DNA from: Glycera tridactyla
Taxonomy: Eukaryota
Direction of reading: 5' to 3'
NCBI GenBank assembly: GCA_965644265.1
Contig: OZ286459.1
Span: 51,398,001-51,462,000, forward strand
Length of the DNA: 64,000 nt
Both the position numbers and the translations under genes were made by a program. This document shows, in pieces, positions 1 through 11,300 of the stretch. The notes under the pieces are model-generated. The model was not told the origin of the DNA, searched no databases, and worked only from the letters and a program-made list of their open reading frames with translations. Numbering within the stretch: the stretch's first letter is position 1; each line of letters starts with the position of its first letter.

Positions 1-2437
1 AAGCGTTTTGAATGAATAAAGAGCAATGCTCTGAGATACTATAGGTCGAATTCTGCCAAGATACTTTACTTTACCAATAGTACGTTTTTTGATATAGTTA
101 GCGTGTTCAGTATATGTTGAATTGGGGTCCAGTAATAAACCTAGATACTTGAAGCTGGAAACTTTTTCCACCTTTTCGTCCCCATATTCCACCACTGCAT
201 TCTTGACTTTTTTCAGCATCTGAGGGGTGCCAAAAAACATGCATTTGGTTTTTTCAACATTTAACATTAGTCTGTTATTTAAAAGCCAAGTTGCAACATT
301 TTTTAGATTTTCGTTTAAATGATTTGTTAGTTCTGTTGGGTCTGTTGCTGTGATGCAAATGGCAGTGTCATCTGCGTATAAATTCACATCAGCATTCTTT
401 ATAACATCCGATATATCATTTATGTACAACGTAAATAAAAGAGGGCCCCGAATGGACTCCTGGGGTACTCCGCAGTTAATATTCTCTTGCTTTGATATTA
501 TTCCATTAACTTTAGTGCAACACGAGCGATTTGTTAGATATGAATTGATCCATGCAATTGTACTTTGTGACAGTTTGAATTTACTTAATTTATGACACAA
601 GGTGCTATGATTCACTGTGTCAAATGCTTTTCGCAGGTCCAGGAAGAGGACTCCACTAATTTTGCCGTGTTCAATTCCATTGTAAATATTGTCTAAGAAT
701 TTTAGTAGACAGGTGGCAGTGGAGTGCCTCTTCCTGAAACCTGCTTGGGCTATATTTAATAAGTCGTTCAGTTCAATAAACTTGTAGAGTTGATTGTGTG
801 CTAATCTTTCTAGAACTTTGCTAATTGGATTCAAAACAGATATAGGACGATAGTTCGAGGGATTGCTTTTGGAACCTTCTTTAAACAGTGGTGTTATAGT
901 CGCAGTTTTCCACGCCGATGGGAAAACTGCAGTTTGAAGGCTCAGATTGAACATAAAACGCAAGGGTTTGACTATGGATTGACTCATCCATTTTAACATT
1001 GTTTGAGGTAATCCATCGTGGCCGCTACTCTTTGATTCCGATAGTTTTTTCAAAATTTCATTGACCTCGCTTTCTGCAACTGATGTAAAGGAGAAGTTAT
1101 TATCGTGTTCGTGGTCTATCAATTCAGGGTTGTCAGGTATCAGATTTGGTCCGAGACTATCGTTTATCTTTTGTCCAACAGAACTAAAGAATTTATTCAA
1201 AATATCTGCGATCTCTTGAGATGAGGTAGAATCATTAATTTCATTGATTGACGATTTATTTTTGTTATTAGGCCAAAATTGTCTTAAGACCCTCCATAGC
1301 TTCCCACTGTCCCCTTTGCATGATTTAATTTTCTCGTCTATGTAATCTCTTTGTAATCGGTGTTTTAATCTATTGGCTTCTCTTTGTGCATCTTTTTTTA
1401 GATCTGCATTCATGACATTGGGGTTGAGGTGGTATTTATGGCTTAAGTATTGTCGTCGATCGATGAGACTGAAGTAATCGTTATCTACCCAACCTGGTTT
1501 ATGGTCTCTTACTTTGAAATGTCTGAGCGGACAGTGTTTATCACATATCGGAAGAATTAGTTCATAGAAATTTTTCACACATGAGTCTATCTCTGATTGC
1601 AGATAGAAATTTTCCCAATTTGGGTTTCTAATATCCTCATTAAGTTTAAGACAGTCGATATTCCTGTAGCTTCTTATAAAAATATACTCAGACGTTTTTG
1701 ATATTTTTCTTTTCTTGCGTACAGTGATTATCATAGCATGATCACTAATGCCCAGGTCAAGTATTCCTGATTTCAGGTACAGGTCTGGTCTATTGGTGGT
1801 TATGTGATCAATTAGTGTCCTGCTATGGTTTGTTACTCTTGTAGCCTCTTTGATTAGTTGTGTTAGATGATAGATTTTCAGAAAATTATTGTATTTTGTT
1901 TTTGCAGAATTTTGTGTTAGCAGATCCAGGTTAATGTCCCCAAGAGTAACTGCGTCTGAGACTCCATTGCTATATATTTCCGATAGTTTCAGTTCTAGTA
2001 ATTCTATTGCATTTTCTAATTTACCATGGGGGTCTGTATATGATGCCAATGTATGTAGCCCTACCATTTGGAAGAAGAAGTTTGCACCAGAGCATTTCGA
2101 TATCAGGCGTTATTAGGTCCCAAATATTGATGTGTTCAAAAATGTAGTGATCTCTAGTATATAAGCAAAGCCCTCCCCCGCCGTTTTTTCCTCCAAGCCG
2201 GCCCCGATCGAGTCTTATACAGTTATAGTTCTTTATATTAATCTCGGAATCATTTATAGATTCATTTAGAAAAGTTTCCGTGATGCCCAAAAGGTCAATT
2301 TTACAGTCATTAAGGAAAGTTCGCAGATCATCCATTTTGTGGACAATGCTCCTTATGTTCAGGCAGCCAAACACAATACCTGGAGTCTCTGCGAGAGAGG
2401 AAGGGTTGAATATCGTATTGCCAGTATTGCTAGTCAT
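1..2437 (-). pseudogene. LINE ORF2 (APE endonuclease + reverse transcriptase), one frameshift, 3' end outside the window
   Basis: APE motifs CLNIRS, GITETFL, RLDR..GGG, IYRPP. A +1 shift in the G5 run at 2028-2032 is followed by a frame I translated open to base 1: GDINLDL, TLIDHI, ISDH, NYRPISVL, QAGFRKRHST, FLDLRKAFDTVNH, GVPQESIRGPLLF, LYADDTA, FKYLGLLLD. Confidence 0.93.
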
Positions 2438-2760
2438 TATTGCATTTCAAGGAAAATTGTTGTTCAGTCACGCAATTCTGGATCAAAGTTCAGTTTGGTA
2501 AGAGATGCAAGAGGTAGGAAAAGAGATAGATAGAGAGGTAGCTGAGGGATGAGAGCAAGAGACGATAGTAGATGAGAGAAGACATGAAGAGGTAGATGAG
2601 GTGTCCGAAGGGCGTCAGAAGCATTTCACATAGGGGTGGAGATCGGTAAACAACATAACAGTGGGGAAAAGAACCAAGGGAAGAAAGAAATTTCAGAAAG
2701 AATAATAATATTTCGAATTTAATTCAGAAATATGTCGGTCGTTCTGCCGGCAAGCCCTTG

Positions 2761-3660
2761 GCTCTCAAACAACCATCTCGGTCACCAGAAAGTGTGCCTG
2801 TCGGCAACCCGACCGAGGATTTCTGACAACAAAATAAACTAGTTGCTGTCTAATGCTATTCAACAAATGCCATCAAAGGGATCAAAATCACTATAAAAGG
2901 AATTTGGTTTTAGTAAGATATGTTCATTCTAGATATTGGGCTGTACAACCTAGTGAAAAATTGAGCGTTCTCCTGATGATGATACTAATTGTGGATGCTA
3001 ATTGTCAACAAATAAGTAATGAAGCAGTTCACCAGTGACGAGGTTCATGTGAGTGGATCTGGAAAGGCACCAAGCAATCAAACCTTGGAAAATAAATGAA
3101 TAAAATAAATAAATAAATGTCATGGTGTATTGGGTGCCCACTGGTCTTGGCTAGATGCCTACAGGGCCATTCACTGAAGAACATTGAACTGGTGCTGGTT
3201 AATGTCTGCATATATGATGTAACATGGATACGTAGAATGATAATCTTTCTCTATAGGAGGAACAGTTCGTGTTGGTAAGATCCTAGTTATGAGATCATCA
3301 TGGTGGCGACATGCTTTGTCCGCGATGGGTATATCAATGTAGAGGAATAAAATCATATCCAACATCTTGTAAGGTCATCAGGATGGCAATAATGTTCACC
3401 ATGTCACTGACACGGGAAAAAATCGTTTTAACATAGAATTTTTTTATTTTTTTCTTAAATTGAATCAAATTGTAGGTAATGCTCTCATTTCAAACGACAA
3501 TCTCTGTCACCAGAAACTTGAGCAGATCAAAAAGCATATAAGAAGAAAGAGCCTATCACGGGTAAGTCGAATTTTATGAATAAATTTATAATGCGTTATT
3601 TCGGAGGTGCTCTCGTTTCAAACGACAACCTCAGTCACCAGAAAATTGAGCAGGTCCGAA
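2761..3660 (-). repeat. Three dispersed copies of a ~35-50 nt hairpin motif (2761-2791, 3481-3532, 3609-3660) in the esterase-ORF2 spacer
   Basis: Sense-strand consensus TTTCTGGTGAC-N-GAG-R-T-K-GTYGTTTG...GAGAGC; the sequences between copies are unrelated. Confidence 0.75.
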
Positions 3661-3715
3661 ATCAGAGACAGAAATAGAAGACAGAAAGGTTTTGATTCAA
3701 AATATGGGCGGTTAC

Positions 3716-4767
3716 TTAGCTGTGCCTGCACTGGTAGATCCATGAGTCGAGTACCTGGTTTAGAATGCATCGTATTAAGGCGAGATTTCCATGTCGACTT
3801 AGATGTATGCTGTCAAATTTTAGCATACCTCTCAGGATTGCACCAAAGTGCGACTGACGCTTGCTCTTTTTGCTCTTTACGCAGAATCGAGTGTGGAAGA
3901 TTCAATTTGCCCATATTCCTTTTACTTTGACTATATTTAGTTTCTTCAGCTCTTTGAAGACTACTAGGTCTGCTTGTGGGGCTAGCGATTTCGCGTGGTA
4001 AGACCAACATGGTCTCCACATAATAGGTATATAGCAGATGCAAGTTGTTGGAATCAATCGCTGGAGGTCAGACACCAAACTGATGATTTCACGGCGGATG
4101 GTTTCCAACGCTTGTCGTTTTGCTCTTAGCATGTGATATCGGTAGATCCTATCATTGGGAAAAATCCTGGCCAGGCTCTTACATTTGGTATCAAAGTTTG
4201 ATACATCATTTGATCCAAGTTTGATGATAGTATAAGAGGGAGACTCTGTCAAGGGATTTAGGAGAGCCCATTGATTTCCGTACGCTTCTTCTTTCCAGTC
4301 ATGCTTGAACTCTCCCCTGATTTCTTTGGAAATAGTTTTCCACTTTCTGCCACTGATTTCGGCAAAGCGCCATTGTTGTATAGCCTCAAAGATGATCTCA
4401 TCTGGCTTTATTGATTTACAGAATGTTTCAAGGCGAGTCACGTGACTCGATCCAGCGAAGAGTATTCGGGGAAGGGGTAGCCCAGATAGTTGTTTGCGGC
4501 GAGATCCAATTGGGCAATGCTCTGCTTTCATTTCATTCCTGGCTTCAGCGAACTTGACCGCCAATCTCCGACTCGTCTAGAATTTTAACAGAAAGGGAAT
4601 ATAGTTTACAATTTAGTCTCAATTGTGCGTCTACAATGAGGCATATATTCTTAGCGCTAGAAGATAGTTTTGGGATTAGGAGAGAAAAGAAACTCAATTC
4701 GACTTACAGAGATGTAGGAAGATTTTACAGCACGAAAACGCTCACTGGCTTCTATAAGCTGCGCCAT
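3716..4767 (-). CDS. SGNH/GDSL-type esterase, predicted exons 4767-4708 and 4576-3716 (~306 codons), one internal TGA at 3904-3902
   Basis: Block I FAGSSH and block III KLGSND lie in ORF 3902-4564. Reading in frame past the TGA gives block V FDSIHLSRHGNLAL and a TAA at 3718-3716. Exon 1 (MAQLIEASERFRAVKSSYIS) starts in ACCATGG and ends at GTAAGT. The esterase call is stronger than the splice model. Confidence 0.7.
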
Positions 4768-5349
4768 GGTCTATCTAGGTCTGACTGGTAAGTGAGTTTC
4801 TGCCACGCGCCATCTGGCAGGGGGTTTGTGCTCATTTTCTCTACCAGTGCAGGTTCACCACGATGTGGGTGACTAATCATAGGTTCATTCGGGTTTGGTT
4901 CTTTGATATTTGCTTTGCTAGGGTCAGGGGGTGGCATCCGTAGAGATTCATTGGATGGACCTTTGGGCTTGTCGAGGAGGGCCTCTATTATATCCCTGAA
5001 GTCGTTAATGGTTAAGTGTTTGCCATCGGTAGTTTTTAAGGCATATATGGTTCCATCTTGGGACCAGGTATTTATTATATTACGCCTCTGTTTTGCCAGG
5101 CGAGCCTCATAGAATATGTTGTTTGAATGCTCTGTAAGGTACTCATGCAAAAAGATCCCTGTACTTTTCAGTGTACCCTTAGCTTTCATGATTTCCCTCC
5201 GTATTTCAGGGTTGGAGAGGCGTACCATAACAGACCTTGGTTGACCATCCTTCCCATCTGGGCTGAACCTGTACGATTGTATGATGTTGGAAAAACGAAT
5301 GTCAATTTTCATGCGGTTTGTGACTAAATTCAGAATTTGCTGATGTAGT
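4752..5349 (-). CDS. LINE ORF1 C-terminal part (L1-ORF1-like RRM + CTD), 5'-truncated
   Basis: RLHQQILNLVTNRMKIDIRFSNIIQSYRF..PRSVMVRL..RREIMKAKGTLKSTGIFLHEYLT..FYEARLAK..TWSQDGTIY, a typical CR1/L2 ORF1 pattern. Confidence 0.8.
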
Positions 5350-8300
5350 CGATAAAGATAGTGTCAATTCACTAATCTCGTTGTCCAGATCTCCCAGGCT
5401 AATTTCTATTTCAGAGGTATGTAAATATAGATCTCAATTGAAAGCTTCTTCATGAAAATATCTCTTGGTTTGGAACTGGAAGGATCGTCTTTCCTTACTG
5501 ATTTTACAGCGTTGTCAATACACAAAGATCAGAGAATGGTCACTCAGACCGGGATTTAGAGTGCCAGAGTAGGAGTATTGCGAGACGTTATTTGTCCGAA
5601 TATGGTCAATTAAGGTAGCACTTCTTTCAGATACTCTTGTTTCATGCGTAATGAGTTGTCCTAGATGGTATTTGTGAGTGAGTCTTCCCAGGCGTCTCAC
5701 AGCAGGGCTGGTTTTCATTAAATCAATATTCAGATCCCCCATCATTAAAATATCAGAATAATATTCAGGACCAAGTCTAAAGAAGCTTTCCTCTAATTCA
5801 TTTAGGGTTATCTCCACACTGCCTCCTGGTGGTCGATAGATAGCAGCGATATATGTGTTTTTGGTATTTGGAAGGCGGAGACGAAGCCAGAGGAGTTCGA
5901 TGTGTGGAGAAACATAATAAGTATTATCGATTACGCTGAAATCATATCTATTATCGGTATAAACAAGCAAGCCACCCCCACTACACTTCCCACTAGATCC
6001 AGTCCTGTCCCCCCTATGTATACAGTAACCTGAGATTTCTAATTCATTGTCTTCAATGCTGTTATTTAAAAATGTTTCTGATAAGGCCAGCTTGCTCATC
6101 GTAAGTAAAACTTTGACATCATCTAACTTTCTCATGACACTCCTAATATTTGAAAAGCCATACCCAAGTTGTTTTCGATGCGACAGTGCTCTGATACAAT
6201 AATCTAGTTTTGTGATTGGATAAGGAATAGGGAAGGGTATCATATTATCAACAAATATAACAGAAAGACATGAATTCTAACAAGAGCGAACAGTCAATTA
6301 GGAACATATGACACGGAACAATAGAACAAAAAAGAGGGAAAAAAGTATGGATCACGCAACAACTGATTATGCTGGGTGGCCAGATGAAATGAGTGTGTCT
6401 GTACTTATTATTAGATCACACCAACCATCTCACCTTTGTCCATTGATTCATATAATTTCTCTGTAAAAGCCACGAGAGATGTTATGGTGGAGTGATGTTT
6501 CCTGAATCCGGATTGGGCCTCCAAAACGGTTTCATTCTGATTAAAATAGTCGACCAACTGGTTGTGGACAACGCGTTCAGCAAGCTTGGTAAGACAAGGT
6601 AGGACTGAGATGGGGCGGAAGTCCTTTGCGAGTTCTGCTGATTTAGGTTTGGGCAGGGGGGTTACAATACCTCTTTTCCAGGATGGCGGGAATTCACATT
6701 CTGATACAGACATGATGACGATTCTCAAATGAATGGGTGTTAAACCTTTCACTGAGAGCTTCAAGTAGCTATTCGTGAAGACATCTTCAGCAGACGCCTT
6801 CGACACTTTCATTTTGGAGATCGCACTAGAAATTTCATTGTGTGTAACCGCTTTGAAGGTACATTTAGAGGCGGCATGTCTATTCTCATATCAGTATTGC
6901 ATGACTCAATATTTTAAGCAAGCTCTGGGCCAATGTTAACAAAATAATTATTCAAGGCCATTGCATTTTCTAGGTCGGTGGTGGCATCGCCAATAACGAT
7001 TTTCTTTATAGATTTACCAGAGTTTCTAGGCCATAGGGAGCGATAAACCTGCCAAATCTTTTTACTATCCCCATTTGCCTCTTGGATTTCCTTATCTAAG
7101 TAATTGCGCTTAAGAGAATCCCTCAGTTATTCACATCTTGTAGAGCAAAAAATATTGTTCGCTAGGTGACCTGGATCTTTTTACCTGTCCCAACGCAAGC
7201 CCAGTATGCCTGGCGATCGACCCAGTTCTGGTAATCAAAGTTAGCCCAGGGGGAGTTATTTATACGCCGATTTTTTGTCTGGAGGGGCATATGCTTGTCA
7301 AGCACATCGATAAAGATAGTGTCAATTCACTAATCTCGTTGTCTAGATCTCCCAGGCTAATTTCTATTTCAGAGGTATGTAAATATAGATCTCAATTGAA
7401 AGCTTCTTCATGAAAATATCTCTTGGTTTGGAACTGGAAGGATCGTCTTTCCTTACTGATTTTACAGCGTTGTCAATACACAAAGATCAGAGAATGGTCA
7501 CTCAGACCGGGATTTAGAGTGCCAGAGTAGGAGTATTGCGAGACGTTATTTGTCCAAATATGGTCAATTAAGGTAGCACTTCTTTCAGATACTCTTGTTT
7601 CATGCGTAATGAGTTGTCCTAGATGGTATTTGTGAGTGAGTCTTCCCAGGCGTCTCACAGCAGGGCTGGTTTTCATTAAATCAATATTCAGATCCCCCAT
7701 CATTAAAATATCAGAATAATATTCAGGACCAAGTCTAAAGAAGCTTTCCTCTAATTCATTTAGGGTTATCTCCACACTGCCTCCTGGTGGTCGATAGATA
7801 GCAGCGATATATGTGTTTTTGGTATTTGGAAGGCGGAGACGAAGCCAGAGGAGTTCGATGTGTGGAGAAACATAATGAGTGTTATCGATTACGCTGAAAT
7901 CATATCTATTATCGGTATAAACAAGCAAGCCACCCCCACTACACTTCCCACTAGATCCAGTCCTGTCCCCCCTATGTATACAGTAACCTGAGATTTCTAA
8001 TTCATTGTCCTCAATGCTGTTATTTAAAAATGTTTCTGATAAGGCCAGCTTGCTCATCGTAAGTAAAACTTTGACATCATCTAACTTTCTCATGACACTC
8101 CTAATATTTGAAAAGCCATACCCAAGTTGTTTTCGATGCGACAGTGCTCTGATACAATAATCTAGTTTTGTGATTGGATAAGGAATAGGGAAGGGTATCA
8201 TATTATCAACAAATATAACAGAAAGACATGAATTCTAACAAGAGCGAACAGTCAATTAGGAACATATGACACGGAACAATAGAACAAAAAAGAGGGAAAA

Positions 8301-11300
8301 AAGTATGGATCACGCAACAACTGATTATGCTGGGTGGCCAGATGAAAAGAGTGTGTCTGTACTTATTATTAGATCACACCAACCATCTCACCTTTGTCCA
8401 TTGATTCATATAATTTCTCTGTAAAAGCCACGAGAGATGTTATGGTGGAGTGATGTTTCCTGAATCCGGATTGGGCCTCCAAAACGGTTTCATTCTGATT
8501 AAAATAGTCGACCAACTGGTTGTGGACAACGCGTTCAGCAAGCTCGGTAAGACGAGGTAGGACTGAGATGGGGCGGAAGTCCTTTGCGAGTTCTGCTGAT
8601 TTAGGTTTGGGCAGGGGGGTTACAATACCTCTTTTCCAGGATGGCGGGAATTCACATTCTGATACAGACATGATGACGATTCTCAAATGAATGGGTGTTA
8701 AACCTTTCACTGAGAGCTTCATGTAGCTATTCGTGAAGACATCTTCAGCAGACGCCTTCGACACTTTCATTTTGGAGATCGCACTAGAAATTTCATTGTG
8801 TGTAACCGCTTTGAAGGTACATTTAGAGGCGGCATGTCTATTCTCATATCAGTATTGCATGACTCAATATTTTAAGCAAGCTCTGGGCCAATGTTAACAA
8901 AATAATTATTCAAGGCCATTGCATTTTCTAGGTCGGTGGTGGCATCGCCAATAACGATTTTCTTTATAGATTTACCAGAGTTTCTAGGCCATAGGGAGCG
9001 ATAAACCTGCCAGTTCTTTTTACTATCCCCATTTGCCTCTTGGATTTCCTTATCTAAGTAATTGCGCTTAAGAGAATCCCTCAGTTATTCACATCTTGTA
9101 GAGCAAAAAATATTGTTCGCTAGGTGACCTGGATCTTTTTACCTGTCCCAACGCAAGCCCAGTATGCCTGGCGATCGACCCAGTTCTGGTAATCAAAGTT
9201 AGCCCAGGGCTAATCTCGTTGTCTAGATCTCCCAGGCTAATTTCTATTTCAGAGGTATGTAAATATAGATCTCAATTGAAAGCTTCTTCATGAAAATATC
9301 TCTTGGTTTGGAACTGGAAGGATCGTCTTTCCTTACTGATTTTACAGCGTTGTCAATACACAAAGATCAGAGAATGGTCACTCAGACCGGGATTTAGAGT
9401 GCCAGAGTAGGAGTATTGCGAGACGTTATTTGTCCAAATATGGTCAATTAAGGTAGCACTTCTTTCAGATACTCTTGTTTCATGCGTAATGAGTTGTCCT
9501 AGATGGTATTTGTGAGTGAGTCTTCCCAGGCGTCTCACAGCAGGGCTGGTTTTCATTAAATCAATATTCAGATCCCCCATCATTAAAATATCAGAATAAT
9601 ATTCAGGACCAAGTCTAAAGAAGCTTTCCTCTAATTCATTTAGGGTTATCTCCACACTGCCTCCTGGTGGTCGATAGATAGCAGCGATATATGTGTTTTT
9701 GGTATTTGGAAGGCGGAGACGAAGCCAGAGGAGTTCGATGTGTGGAGAAACATAATGAGTGTTATCGATTACGCTGAAATCATATCTATTATCGGTATAA
9801 ACAAGCAAGCCACCCCCACTACACTTCCCACTAGATCCAGTCCTGTCCCCCCTATGTATACAGTAACCTGAGATTTCTAATTCATTGTCTTCAATGCTGT
9901 TATTTGAAAATGTTTCTGATAAGGCCAGCTTGCTCATCGTAAGTAAAACTTTGACATCATCTAACTTTCTCATGACACTCCTAATATTTGAAAAGCCATA
10001 CCCAAGTTGTTTTCGATGCGACAGTGCTCTGATACAATAATCTAGTTTTGTGATTGGATAAGGAATAGGGAAGGGTATCATATTATCAACAAATATAACA
10101 GAAAGACATGAATTCTAACAAGAGCGTACAGTCAATTAGGAACATATGACACGGAACAATAGAACAAAAAAGAGGGAAAAAAGTATGGATCACGCAACAA
10201 CTGATTATGCTGGGTGGCCAGATGAAATGAGTGTGTCTGTACTTATTATTAGATCACACCAACCATCTCACCTTTGTCCATTGATTCATATAATTTCTCT
10301 GTAAAAGCCACGAGAGATGTTATGGTGGAGTAATGTTTCCTGAATCCGGATTGGGCCTCCAAAACGGTTTCATTCTGATTAAAATAGTCGACCAACTGGT
10401 TGTGGACAACGCGTTCAGCAAGCTTGGTAAGACAAGGTAGGACTGAGATGGGGCGGAAGTCCTTTGCGAGTTCTGCTGATTTAGGTTTGGGCAGGGGGGT
10501 TACAATACCTCTTTTCCAGGATGGCGGGAATTCACATTCTGATACAGACATGATGACGATTCTCAAATGAATGGGTGTTAAACCTTTCACTGAGAGCTTC
10601 AAGTAGCTATTCGTGAAGACATCTTCAGCAGACGCCTTCGACACTTTCATTTTGGAGATTGCACTAGAAATTTCATTGTGTGTAACCGCTTTGAAGGTGC
10701 ATTTAGAGGCGGCATGTCTATTCTCATATCAGTATTGCATGACTCAATATTTTAAGCAAGCTCTGGGCCAATGTTAACAAAATAATTATTCAAGGCCATT
10801 GCATTTTCTAGGTCGGTGGTGGCATCGCCAATAACGATTTTCTTTATAGATTTACCAGAGTTTCTAGGCCATAGGGAGCGATAAACCTGCCAGATCTTTT
10901 TACTATCCCCATTTGCCTCTTGGATTTCCTTATCTAAGTAATTGCGCTTAAGAGAATCCCTCAGTTATTCACATCTTGTAGAGCAAAAAATATTGTTCGC
11001 TAGGTGACCTGGATCTTTTTACCTGTCCCAACGCAAGCCCAGTCTGCCTGGCGATCGACCCAGTTCTGGTAATCGAGGTTAGCCCAGGGGGAGTTATTTA
11101 TACGCCGATTTTTTGTCTGGAGGGGCATATGCTTGTCAAGCACATCGATAAAGATAGTGTCAATTCACTAATCTCGTTGTCTAGATCTCCCAGGCTAATT
11201 TCTATTTCAGAGGTATGTAAATATAGATCTCAATTGAAAGCTTCTCCATGAAAATATCTCTTGGATTGGAACTGGAAGGATCGTCTTTCCTTACTGATTT

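Larger units (their letters stand above)
1..5349 (-). mobile_element. CR1/L2-type (Jockey group) non-LTR retrotransposon LINE-a: ORF1 fragment + separate esterase ORF + ORF2; 5'-truncated, runs off the window's left edge
   Basis: Three co-oriented, barely decayed coding segments: RRM/L1-ORF1-like (4752-5349), SGNH esterase (3716-4767), APE-RT (<1-2437). The 5' end abuts the tandem array at the shared sequence TCGATAAAG (~5349). Confidence 0.85.

Noticed and set aside
2761-3660. Spacer hairpins as SECIS elements (given the in-frame TGA) or hammerhead ribozymes
   Set aside because: The stem between the UGA and GA positions is far too short for SECIS and there is no apical AAR. CTGGTGA is not the CUGANGA core and stems I/III are missing.
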